From: Candidatus Lustribacter sp.
GTDB taxonomy: Bacteria > Vulcanimicrobiota > Vulcanimicrobiia > Vulcanimicrobiales > Vulcanimicrobiaceae
Assembly: GCA_049512335.1 (NCBI GenBank)
Contig: JBEKXE010000001.1
Span: forward strand, 56,987-120,986
DNA length: 64,000 bases
Direction: 5' to 3'
The notes under the pieces are model-generated. The model had not been told where the DNA came from. It did not search any database and worked only from the letters and a program-made list of their open reading frames with translations. Shown here one piece after another: positions 1 through 11,848 of this stretch. Made by a program: the position numbers and the translations under genes. How positions within the stretch are numbered: the first letter of the stretch is position 1; each line of letters opens with the position of its first letter.

Positions 1-1
1 C

Positions 2-895
2 GGCGTGGGGTTGGGCAAGACGCATTTGATGCACGCGATCGGGCACCGCGTGCTGGCGCGCAATCCGAGCGCCAACATCGTCTACGTCTCGAGCGAAAAG
101 TTCACCAACGAATTCATCATCGCGATCAAGAACAACCAGACGGTCGAGTTTCGCAACCGTTACCGGCACGTCGACGTGCTGCTGATCGACGACATCCAGT
201 TCCTCGAAGGCAAAGAACAAACCCAAGAGGAGTTCTTCCACACCTTCAATTCGCTGCACGAAGCGCAGAAGCAACTCGTGATCTCCAGCGACCGGCCGCC
301 CAAAGAAATTCAAACGCTCGAGTCACGCCTGCGCTCGCGTTTCGAATGGGGCCTGCTCACCGACATCCAACCGCCGGATTTCGAAACGCGCGAAGCGATT
401 CTGCGCAAGAAAGCCGAGACCGAAAACGTTCCGGTTCCGGACGACGTGCTGGCCTTCATCGCCAAGGTGATCCCCTCGAACATCCGCGAGCTCGAAGGTT
501 CGCTGATCCGCGTCGTGGCGTTCGCCAGCTTGACGAAATCGAACCTGACCGTCGAGCTGGCCGGCGAAGTCCTCAAGAACGCCGTGGCGGCCGCGCCGAT
601 GCATCGCGTCACGATCCCGCTCATCAAAGAGAAGGTGTCGAAGTTCTTCGGCATCTCGATCAAGGAGATGGAAGCCCAACGCCGCGATCAGCGCGTGACG
701 ATGCCGCGGCAAGTCGCGATGTACATCGCCTGGCAGCTCACCGGCGCGTCGCTGCCGCAGATCGCGCGCGAGTTCGGCAAGAAGGACCATACGACCGCGA
801 TGTACGCGCGCGACAAGATCGCCGATCTCATGGACGCCGACGAAGCCTTCCGCAACCGCGTGCGCACGCTCATCGCCCAAGTTCAATCGGACTAA
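2..895 (+). CDS. dnaA: Chromosomal replication initiator DnaA, C-terminal ~297 aa (5' end outside window)
   Basis: Frame is open to the window edge. Walker A G-V-GLGKTHL at the first residues, Walker B VDVLLIDDIQF, SDRPP...LRSRF box, C-terminal DNA-binding HTH (MPRQVAMYI...KDHTTAMYARDKI). Followed by dnaN-recF-gyrB. Confidence 0.96.
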   Translation, partial: GVGLGKTHLMHAIGHRVLARNPSANIVYVSSEKFTNEFIIAIKNNQTVEFRNRYRHVDVLLIDDIQFLEGKEQTQEEFFHTFNSLHEAQKQLVISSDRPPKEIQTLESRLRSRFEWGLLTDIQPPDFETREAILRKKAETENVPVPDDVLAFIAKVIPSNIRELEGSLIRVVAFASLTKSNLTVELAGEVLKNAVAAAPMHRVTIPLIKEKVSKFFGISIKEMEAQRRDQRVTMPRQVAMYIAWQLTGASLPQIAREFGKKDHTTAMYARDKIADLMDADEAFRNRVRTLIAQVQSD

Positions 896-1274
896 AACCC
901 CTTGCGACGAAGCCAGCCGCGAGTGACTGGGGCCCTGCGGGATACCACCCGGCGGGCCCTTTTCACATCTCCTTTGACCGGAGCGCAGCACTTCGCGTCC
1001 GCTCAGCACAGGCTCCGCGAGCACCGCCATGGGTTCGCCCACAGGCGAACCCTGCACAGGCGAAACTACAGGGCGTGGATAATGCGAACGCGCGCGGCGA
1101 GCGGGGAAACCGGGGATGGACGGCGGCGCCCGTACACACCCCGTCACTCGCGCAAACGCAGTAACGACGGGCCTCGGAGTCATCCATGCACTCCGTGCAC
1201 GTGCCTACTGATACGACGGTTATCTTTTATACTTATAAACGAACGCGTCGACGACGCGGCGGAGCGGTGGACGA
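896..1274. other. dnaA-dnaN intergenic region, weak candidate oriC or DUE segment
   Basis: 379-nt non-coding gap in the classical oriC position. One 8/9 DnaA-box match (CGTGGATAA, 1074-1082) and several 6/9 matches. The only strongly AT-rich stretch in this region (TTATCTTTTATACTTATAAAC, 1220-1240) lies just upstream of dnaN. Confidence 0.3.
929..964 (+). terminator. Putative intrinsic terminator after dnaA
   Basis: Imperfect GC hairpin GGGGCCCTGCGGG / ATACCA / CCCGGCGGGCCC (about 11 bp with two single-nt bulges) followed by TTTT, 34 nt after the dnaA stop. Confidence 0.5.
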
Positions 1275-2390
1275 GTGAAGTTTACGTGTAGTACGAAAGA
1301 CATCGCTTCGGCGGTCGGTGCCGCCAGCAAGATCGTCAACGCGCACACGACGGTACCGATTCTCTCGAACGTGCTGCTCACGGCTGATGAGTCGGGTATC
1401 AAAGTGCGTGCCACCGACCTCGAACTGACGCTCGAGCAATCGTTCCCGGCCGAGATCGCGGAGAGCGGAGCCGTTACCGTACCGGCCAAGCTGTTCTCGG
1501 GCTACCTCGGCAATCTGCCGGCCGGCTTGCTCGAGCTCACCGGGTCGCCGACCCGGGCCTCGATCAAAGCCGAGCGTTCGAACTACGATTTTCTGGCGCT
1601 CCCGCCGGATGAGTATCCGCCGCTGCCGACCGCCCAGAAAGGCAACTCGTTCGCGATCGCGGCCAAGAAATTTCGCGACGGCGTGAACGCGACGATCTTC
1701 GCGGCATCGAGCGAAGAGGCGCGGGGCGCGGTGCTGATGGGCACGCTGCTCGAGCTCGAAGGTTCGTCGATCACGATGGTCGCCACGGACGGATACCGCC
1801 TGGCCAAATGGACCGGCACGCTCGACCGCCCGCTGGAAGGGTCGGCGAAATACATCGTGCCCTCGCGCGCGCTGGCCGAAGCGGCCCGGAACCTCGGCAC
1901 GGCCGAGATGCTCGAAGCGACGGCCCTGGGAGCGCAGGCGAACCAACTCATGCTCACGGCGGGAACCACCTCCATCGTGGTGCGTCTCGTCGACGGGCAG
2001 TACCCCAACTACGGGCAGGTGATTCCGGCTAAGTTCGACCGCTCGGTGACCGTCAACACCAGCGCCTTGATCGGCGGTTTACGCCGGGCCGAGCTGGTCG
2101 CCGGCGACCGCGCCTCGATGGTCAAGCTCGAGGTCGCCAACAACACGCTGATGATCACGGCCAAGTCCGACGTCACCGGCAACGCCTACGAAGAGCTCGA
2201 AGTCGAACAAACCGGCGACGATCTGACGATCGCGTTCAACGCGCGCTATCTGGTCGAGATCCTCAACCACGTCGATTCCCCGCAGACCGTGCTCGAATTT
2301 CTCGGACCGCTCTCACCGGCCGCCATTCGGCCGCTCGAAGCGAACGATCTCGGCACGCAGCTCTTCGTGTTGATGCCGCTGCGTCAATAG
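1275..2390 (+). CDS. dnaN: DNA polymerase III beta sliding clamp
   Basis: GTG start, 371 aa of three-domain clamp length. N-terminus MKFTCSTKDIASAV, C-terminus FVLMPLRQ. Position between dnaA and recF. Confidence 0.95.
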   Translation: MKFTCSTKDIASAVGAASKIVNAHTTVPILSNVLLTADESGIKVRATDLELTLEQSFPAEIAESGAVTVPAKLFSGYLGNLPAGLLELTGSPTRASIKAERSNYDFLALPPDEYPPLPTAQKGNSFAIAAKKFRDGVNATIFAASSEEARGAVLMGTLLELEGSSITMVATDGYRLAKWTGTLDRPLEGSAKYIVPSRALAEAARNLGTAEMLEATALGAQANQLMLTAGTTSIVVRLVDGQYPNYGQVIPAKFDRSVTVNTSALIGGLRRAELVAGDRASMVKLEVANNTLMITAKSDVTGNAYEELEVEQTGDDLTIAFNARYLVEILNHVDSPQTVLEFLGPLSPAAIRPLEANDLGTQLFVLMPLRQ

Positions 2391-2419
2391 TCCCTGACTT
2401 CGCTCGGGCAGGCTGATGC
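2391..2419 (+). repeat. Short REP-like motif copy R1 (TCCCTGACTTCGCTCGGGCAGGCTGATGC)
   Basis: Near-identical to 3971-4001 (two 1-nt indels) and related to 50575-50603 and 51719-51747. Fills the dnaN-recF spacer and runs into the recF ATG. Confidence 0.6.
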
Positions 2420-3500
2420 TTCTCACCGCGCTGCGCCTGGCCGACTTTCGCAACTACGCCACGCTCGATTTTGGGCCCGCACCGGGACTGAACGTTTTCG
2501 CCGGACCGAACGCCCAAGGGAAGAGCAACCTGCTCGAAGCGATCGCCATGCTCGCGACCGGCAAGTCATTCCGGGCCCGGCGCGAGGTCGAGCTGATCCG
2601 TGACGGCGCGGCACGCGCGCAGATTGCCGGCCAAGCGCGCGTGCCGGCCGGCACGATCGCGCTGCACGCGTCGATCGTGCGCACCGGCAGCGGCGCGCGT
2701 AAATCGTTCGACGTCAACGGTTCGCCGGTCGGGTTCGCGGGTTTTCTCGGCCGCGCGCGCGTCGTGACGTTCATCCCGGCCGACTTGCAGCTCGTCGCCG
2801 GCGGTCCGGCGCTGCGGCGGACGTTCCTCAACGGCGCGCTGGCGCAGCTCTCGCCGGCCTACTACCGCGACTTGGCGCGCTACGGCAAAATCGTGCAGCA
2901 GAAGGCCGCACTGTTGCGCGGCGCGATCGCGCCGGATCGCGCGCTGCTGTTGGCTTACAACGACGAGTTGCTGGCGCCCGGGGCGGCCTTGATGAGCGCG
3001 CGCGCGGCGTTCGTGGCCGAGATCGCGGCCGCGGCCGGCGGCGTGTACGCACGCTGGCTCGGAGCGCGCGAACGGATCGAGATCGCGTACGCGCCCAACG
3101 TGCCGGGCGCCGAGAGCGATCCGCGCGCGGCGTTCGCCGCCGCGTTGACGGCCAACGTCGATGCGGAGCTGCGGCGCAAGACCACGCTGGTCGGCCCGCA
3201 CCGCGATGACGTGCGCCTGACGATCGGCGGGCGTGCGCTCGACGCGTTCGGCTCGCAAGGGCAACAGCGCACGGCGGTACTTGCGCTCAAGGTCGCCGAA
3301 TACGAAACGATGCGCTCACGAGCCGGCGACGCTCCGATACTCTTGTTGGACGACGTGCTCTCGGAGCTCGACGCCGAACGCGCCGGCGGTTTTCTCGCCG
3401 CCGTCGGCACCTACGAGCAGGCGTTCCTGACCACGACCGAGCTGCCGGCGACGACGCCGAACGCCACCCGTTTTCGCATCACCGCGGCGACGATCGCCGC

Positions 3501-3507
<7 letters not shown>
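2416..3507 (+). CDS. recF: DNA replication and repair protein RecF
   Basis: Walker A GPNAQGKSNLLEA, signature SQGQQRT, Walker B ILLLDDVLSELD. Conserved dnaN-recF-gyrB synteny. Confidence 0.95.
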
Positions 3508-6309
<2,802 letters not shown>

Positions 6310-6380
6310 CGCGTTCGTAACGCTCCCGAGGGGACTGGCCGGGGTGAAAGCCCAAACGGCACACGAAGAGTGAGCGCCTG

Positions 6381-9300
6381 ATGTCACCACGCCGCCGCTT
6401 GGTTAGCGCGATTGCGATCGCCCTGGCGCTCGTCCTCGTGCTGGGGCTGGCGCATCATGCCGTGGCGAAGTTCGTCCTCTCGCGCGCCCTCAGCGCGGCG
6501 GCCGGTTACGACGTGCGGTTCGGCGACATGTCGCTCGGCTGGTCGCACGCCACGTTCACCGATCTGCACGTCGGCAAGAACGGGGATCCGGTGCTCGATG
6601 CGAACCGGGTCGACGTCGACTATGCGTTGCGCGACATCTTTCCGGGCGGCAAACACCGTTACGGTTTCGCCGGCATCGCCATCGACCGGCCGACGGTAAC
6701 GTTGGTGCGCCACGCCGACGGTTCGTACAACTTCAACCGCGGCGGATCGTCGTCGTCGTCGCCGCCGGCGACGCAGACCGCGGCCGAGCCGTTGCTGTTC
6801 GGCGTGCGGGTGCGCAACGGCACGATCCGGGTGATCGACGCCGCGCCGCTGGTGCCCGATCTGGCCGAGCAATCGATCGTCGACGTATCGATGGACGCGT
6901 CGGTGCAGTCGAACGCGCGCACCGTCGCGCGCGTCGACGGCGTGCTCGTCGGCCGGCGCTCGGAGAGCGCGCCGGTGCAGCGCTGGCCGCTCAGCGTTCG
7001 TTCGGTGATCGACTACACGCGCGGGTTTGCGATGCACCGGTTTCGCGCGCCGCAGCTCCCGCTGCGCGGCTTGCTGAATTTTCTCGTGCACGACAAGATC
7101 GCGCGCTTCGACGACGGCGTGATGCACGATCTCGACGTACGCGCGTACGCCCTCAACATCGCCGCCGGCACGCCGTTCGCGTATTCGCTCGGCGGCGGCG
7201 GCCGGCTCGCCGGCGCGCAGATCACGCTCGGCCCGCTGGCCAAACCGGTGCGCGACTTGCACGGCCGAGTCGACGTATTCGACGACGGCGTCACCTCGCC
7301 CGATTTGCGCGCCGTCGTAGCCGGCGTTCCGCTGCGCATCCGCGGCGGGATGTACGACTTCGCCGACGTGCACTTCCGTTTGGGGATCGAGGCCGATCCG
7401 CAGATCGCCCGGCTGCGCTCGCTGTTCACGTTTCTGCAAGACCAGCCCGTGCGCGGCCCGATGCACATCGAAACGCTCGTGACCGCAACCTCGCGCGCGC
7501 CGTTGATTCGCACGGTCATCTCCTCACCGCTGATGTATTACGATGCGATCCCGCTCGACCACGCCTCCGGCACCGTCGATTACGCCGCCGGTGCGGTGTC
7601 GTTCGCCGGATTCCACACCGGCTTCGGCGCCTTGCAGGCGACGCTCGACGGCGAGGTGGCGGTCGACCGGCCGATCGCCGAGCTGCAAGGCGTCATCCAC
7701 GTTGCGGGACCGGCGGCGGACTTGCCGTACGCGCAGACGATCGCCGCCGGCGAGACGATCCGCGGCGACGCGATCGTCGGCGGGAACGGACAAACCGGTT
7801 TTCGCGCGCGCGGAACGATCGATGCGGACGGCGCGCACGGTTCGGGCGCCGGATTCATCGCGGTCGACGAGCACGGCAACGGTGAATTCGGACCGTTTCT
7901 GTTTTCGCGCGACGACGGTTCGGTGCTCGCCGGCGGATTGCGCCTCGAACGCCCGCTCTCGCTCAGCGCCGGCTGGGCCGTGGCCGACCATTATCTGATC
8001 AGCGTGCCGGATCGCACGGCCGTGCTGCCGGGCGTGAACATCATCGGCTTTCCGCCGATCGGCGGCATCGTGGACACCGCGCTGGTCGCCGGCGGTCCGC
8101 CCAGCGCGTTCGCCGTCGCCGGTCACGTGAACATGCGCAACGCGCGTTTCCAGCGCGTTCCGCTCGGCACGCTGTCGGCCGATCTCGGCGGAACGTTTGC
8201 CGACATGCGGATGCGCGGCATCCACATGGATGGCCCGCGCGGGCGCTTTCGCGGCGACGGCGCCGTGACGCGCGGCGTCTTCGCGGTGCGCGGCACCTAC
8301 GACGGATCGCTGCCGGAGTTGCAAGCCTTCACGGGCGACATCGATGCGCGCGGCAAGGTGCACGCGCCGATGGCGGCCTTGGTCGACGCGCGCGGCGTGA
8401 CCGTGCAGACCACCGGTGCCGTGCTGGGCGGCGGCAGCATCCATGGCGTCGCGCTCGGTTCGGCCGCCGGAACGATGACGATCAACGGGGGTGCGATCCG
8501 CATCGTCACCGGCACCGCCGCGCTCGACGGTGCCCATGCGGTCGCGGCTGCGCGCGACGGCGAGACGGCGATCTCGATGGTCGGCGTGCCGGCGGCGGCG
8601 TTCGCCGGGTCGGGGCTGCCGCTGGCCGCCGGCCGCGTCTCGGTATTCGGCCTGGGCAACCTGAGCCAGCCCTCATTTCACGGCAGCATCGACCTGGAAC
8701 GCGGCAGCGCCCTGGGTCTCCCGATCGGCGGCTGGGTCGACATCGGCTTCACCGGCCGCACGCTGCGGATTCGCGACGGGATCGCCGAGCTGGGCCAGAC
8801 CTACGGCCGGCTGGGCGGCCGGATCGACGACATCGGCGGCCCGGACTTCCGCTACGATCTCGACGCCGGCGTCCGGCTAGGCGACCTGGGGAGCCTGATC
8901 TCCGATCTCCACCTGCCGCTGCGCTACGCCGACGGCAGCTTCGCCGCCCGGGTCCGGATCTCGGGCAACGCGGCGGGCCCGACGGTCAACGGCACGGTTC
9001 GCGCACCGGAGGGCTCGTACAACGGCTTGGCCTTCCGCGACGCCGGCGGCCTGATCTCGGCCTCACCCGGTGCGGGCATCCGGTTCGGCGACGGCCGGGT
9101 CACGGTCGGCTCCACCCACGCGACGTTCGTGGCTTCGGTCGGCGCGCGTGCGCTCGGCATCCAGGCAGAGAGCCCGGCGGTCGACCTGGCCGACTTCGAC
9201 GACTACTTCGACGCCAGCGACACGCTGGCCGGAACCGGTGCCGTGAGCTTCCGCTTCGCCAACGACGGGCGGCACACGTCGAGCGAAGGCCGGATCGATC

Positions 9301-11585
9301 TCTCCGGCGCGCGCGTGCGGCGCTTTCCGCTCGGGACGGTTGCCGCCCAGTGGTCGACCCGGCACGGCGACATCGCCGCCGACCTGACGATCGCCGGCGC
9401 GGCCGGCGGGATGCACGCGGCCGGGACGATCCGGCCGGCCGGCGGGGGTGCGCTCGCGAGCCTGCGGCAGGCGCGCTATACGGCCGACGTTCAGGCGACC
9501 GGGGTCGACCTGGGCACCTTCCTGCCCGCCGCCGGGTTCACGTATCCGATCCTGGGCCGCGTCACGGCCGCCGGGCACGTCGACGGCGTGTTCCCGCGGC
9601 TGGCCATCGGCGGCCACGCGACGGTTGCCGGCGGGCAGATCGGGCCGTTCCCGGTGACCTCGGCCGAAGCGACCACCCACGTCGAGAACGGCCGCATCTC
9701 GATCGACTCGGCCTCGGCCGATCTGGGTTTCGTGACGTTCACCGCCGGCGGCATGGTCGGCTGGGGCCGGGCCGACCCGTTGTCGCTGCACGTCCACGCC
9801 TCCGTCCCGGACCTCGCGCTGGCCGCCCGGCGGATCGCGCCGCACAAACCGGCCGACGTCTCCGGCGCGCTCGAATCGGACGTCCGGCTCTCCGGCACGC
9901 TCGGCCGGCCGCAGCTCGCGGCGGGGTTCGACCTCACCCGGCCGCGCTACGGGCAGCTGCTGGTCCAGCGCATCATCGGCTCGCTCGACAGCGACTTCCA
10001 TTCGGTGAAGCTCGACAGCGCCGAATTCGTCCTCAACCACGGGTCGGCGGTGATCGCCGGGTCGCTGCCGATCGCGCTCGATCCGGCGGGGATCGGGCCG
10101 CCGGACGCTCCGCTCTCGGTGACGGCCGAGGCGCACAGCGTCGACTTGGCCGCGCTGGCCCCGCTGCTGCCGGGGACGGGGACGAAGCTCGCCGGCACGG
10201 TGGACGGCCACCTCGAGCTCGAGGGAACCGTGCATTCGCCGCGCGTGCTCGGGACGGTCAGCCTGACCCAGGGATCGTACGTCTCGAACCTCGAGACCTC
10301 GCCGATCCGCGACGTCTCGGGCCAGCTCGTCTTCAACGGCGTCTCGGTCGCGCTTCAGGCCCTGCACGCGCAGGTCGGCGCCGGGTCGATCGACGCGGAC
10401 GGCCGGCTCAGCCTCGGCTTTGCCGGCGCGCCGAACGAGGGCTACGCGATCAACATCGCCGCCAAGCGCGCGCAGCTCAACCTGCCGAGCTTCGGCGGCG
10501 GGACGATCGACGGCACCGCGCAGCTGGTCAGCGGTCCGCGCTTCCCGACCCTCAGCGGCGATCTGGCGCTGAGCAACGCGACGATCCCGTTCGCCGCGAT
10601 CTTCCGGGCGGCCGGGGCGCCGGCGGAATCCGCGCCGGGCGGCCCACCGCCCTTTGATTTGGGGCTCGACCTGACCGCGACGGCGCAGAACGTCCGCATC
10701 AAATCGCCGATCATCGACGTCGGAGCGGCCGGAAACATCACCTTGACCGGCACGCTGCGCGCGCCGCGGGCGCAGGGCGAATTCACCGCCTCCCGCGGCG
10801 GCGTCTTCTCGACCTACCAGCGCCTGTTCCGCATCCAGGACGCCACGGTGACGTTCGACCCGAATCAGGGCATCATCCCGAACCTCGACTTGCACGCGAC
10901 CGCGCACGTCGACAATCCCGACCCGGATCCGGGGCGCAACGCGATCGGCAGCGCCGACATCACCGTGGCCGTCACCGGACCGGCCAACGGCTACACGATC
11001 TCCTATGCATCGCAGCCGGCCTACTCGCAAGCCCAGATCATCGCGCTGCTCGTCGACCTTCCCGTGCTCGGCTCGCTCAACTTCGGAGCGACGCAGCCGG
11101 CCACGCTGCGCGGTGCACCGGGTGAATCCGACGCGTTCCTTCCGCCCGGCGTCACGCCGTACCAAACCGGCGTCGTCCCGATCCAGCAAGAGGCATTTTC
11201 CTTGTTCAACACCCAGCTTACCCAGCGTTTGGTCTCGCCGTTGGAAAACGCATTCGGCGGAGCGTTGGGGCTCACGGATCTCGAGCTGACGCTCGACTAC
11301 GGCGCTCGCGTCGGGTACACGGCCCGCCAGCAACTCTCGAAGAAGCACGCCGTGTACGCGACCTTCGGGCAGGTGCTCAGCTACCCGGTGCGCACGCAGA
11401 TCGGCTTCGCCTCGCGACCCGATCCGGCCACGACGCTGAGCTTCACCTACTTTCAGCAGAACGGCACGCCGTACTTCACGAACTCGATCTTCGGGAACAC
11501 CAGCACGGTCGAGGTGGTCAACGGCGTTCAGCCGCTTTCGGACCGGCAAGGCTTCAGTTTCGTGCTCACCCGGACGTACCGCTAG
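6381..11585 (+). CDS. tamB: TamB/AsmA-like translocation and assembly module protein (1734 aa)
   Basis: N-terminal membrane anchor (LVSAIAIALALVLVLGLA), a very long Gly/Ala/Val-rich beta-type body and a DUF490-like C-terminal segment. Lies immediately upstream of bamA. Confidence 0.7.
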   Translation: MSPRRRLVSAIAIALALVLVLGLAHHAVAKFVLSRALSAAAGYDVRFGDMSLGWSHATFTDLHVGKNGDPVLDANRVDVDYALRDIFPGGKHRYGFAGIAIDRPTVTLVRHADGSYNFNRGGSSSSSPPATQTAAEPLLFGVRVRNGTIRVIDAAPLVPDLAEQSIVDVSMDASVQSNARTVARVDGVLVGRRSESAPVQRWPLSVRSVIDYTRGFAMHRFRAPQLPLRGLLNFLVHDKIARFDDGVMHDLDVRAYALNIAAGTPFAYSLGGGGRLAGAQITLGPLAKPVRDLHGRVDVFDDGVTSPDLRAVVAGVPLRIRGGMYDFADVHFRLGIEADPQIARLRSLFTFLQDQPVRGPMHIETLVTATSRAPLIRTVISSPLMYYDAIPLDHASGTVDYAAGAVSFAGFHTGFGALQATLDGEVAVDRPIAELQGVIHVAGPAADLPYAQTIAAGETIRGDAIVGGNGQTGFRARGTIDADGAHGSGAGFIAVDEHGNGEFGPFLFSRDDGSVLAGGLRLERPLSLSAGWAVADHYLISVPDRTAVLPGVNIIGFPPIGGIVDTALVAGGPPSAFAVAGHVNMRNARFQRVPLGTLSADLGGTFADMRMRGIHMDGPRGRFRGDGAVTRGVFAVRGTYDGSLPELQAFTGDIDARGKVHAPMAALVDARGVTVQTTGAVLGGGSIHGVALGSAAGTMTINGGAIRIVTGTAALDGAHAVAAARDGETAISMVGVPAAAFAGSGLPLAAGRVSVFGLGNLSQPSFHGSIDLERGSALGLPIGGWVDIGFTGRTLRIRDGIAELGQTYGRLGGRIDDIGGPDFRYDLDAGVRLGDLGSLISDLHLPLRYADGSFAARVRISGNAAGPTVNGTVRAPEGSYNGLAFRDAGGLISASPGAGIRFGDGRVTVGSTHATFVASVGARALGIQAESPAVDLADFDDYFDASDTLAGTGAVSFRFANDGRHTSSEGRIDLSGARVRRFPLGTVAAQWSTRHGDIAADLTIAGAAGGMHAAGTIRPAGGGALASLRQARYTADVQATGVDLGTFLPAAGFTYPILGRVTAAGHVDGVFPRLAIGGHATVAGGQIGPFPVTSAEATTHVENGRISIDSASADLGFVTFTAGGMVGWGRADPLSLHVHASVPDLALAARRIAPHKPADVSGALESDVRLSGTLGRPQLAAGFDLTRPRYGQLLVQRIIGSLDSDFHSVKLDSAEFVLNHGSAVIAGSLPIALDPAGIGPPDAPLSVTAEAHSVDLAALAPLLPGTGTKLAGTVDGHLELEGTVHSPRVLGTVSLTQGSYVSNLETSPIRDVSGQLVFNGVSVALQALHAQVGAGSIDADGRLSLGFAGAPNEGYAINIAAKRAQLNLPSFGGGTIDGTAQLVSGPRFPTLSGDLALSNATIPFAAIFRAAGAPAESAPGGPPPFDLGLDLTATAQNVRIKSPIIDVGAAGNITLTGTLRAPRAQGEFTASRGGVFSTYQRLFRIQDATVTFDPNQGIIPNLDLHATAHVDNPDPDPGRNAIGSADITVAVTGPANGYTISYASQPAYSQAQIIALLVDLPVLGSLNFGATQPATLRGAPGESDAFLPPGVTPYQTGVVPIQQEAFSLFNTQLTQRLVSPLENAFGGALGLTDLELTLDYGARVGYTARQQLSKKHAVYATFGQVLSYPVRTQIGFASRPDPATTLSFTYFQQNGTPYFTNSIFGNTSTVEVVNGVQPLSDRQGFSFVLTRTYR

Positions 11586-11848
11586 CCATGCAGGCAGGCG
11601 ACGAACCCTCCCCTTGGAGGGCGGATTGGGCAAAGCCCAACCGCAGGGATTCGCTGCAAGCGAATCCAGACGGCTCGGGTCTCCGGCGGTTTTCGCTACG
11701 GAGAATCTCCGTGACCCGAGCCGCACACAAGGCCATCTCAGAGACGAGGCATAAACTTCGGGCCCGGGAACCCGGCACGTTCCGTGCCCGTTGGTTCCCA
11801 CAAGGTGCGCTCGCCCGCGCCTCAGTCATCGCTCGCAGGGACAGAAGT
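11586..11848 (+). promoter_or_regulatory. Highly structured tamB-bamA spacer with five consecutive hairpins
   Basis: Stems: CCCTCC/GGAGGG (11606-11621), TTGGGC/GCCCAA (11626-11640), GGATTCGCT/AGCGAATCC (11647-11667), GCTCGGGTC/GACCCGAGC (11673-11721, enclosing the 15-nt palindrome ACGGAGAATCTCCGT), and GGGAACC-GGCACG/CGTGCC-GGTTCCC (11766-11799). Confidence 0.5.

Noticed and set aside
9063-11801. 912-aa minus-strand ORF over the tamB 3' half and the tamB-bamA spacer
   Set aside because: Same high-GC antisense artefact, with no recognisable motifs. The same reasoning applies to 27448-30294 (-), 43593-45395 (-), 49802-51859 (-), 34574-36592 (-) and the many 100-400-aa overlapping ORFs in the track.
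11588-11848. N-terminal 87-codon extension of BamA suggested by the ORF track
   Set aside because: The peptide is Arg-rich with no signal-peptide character and is encoded by five stacked hairpins. The in-frame TTG at 11849 gives a canonical signal peptide.
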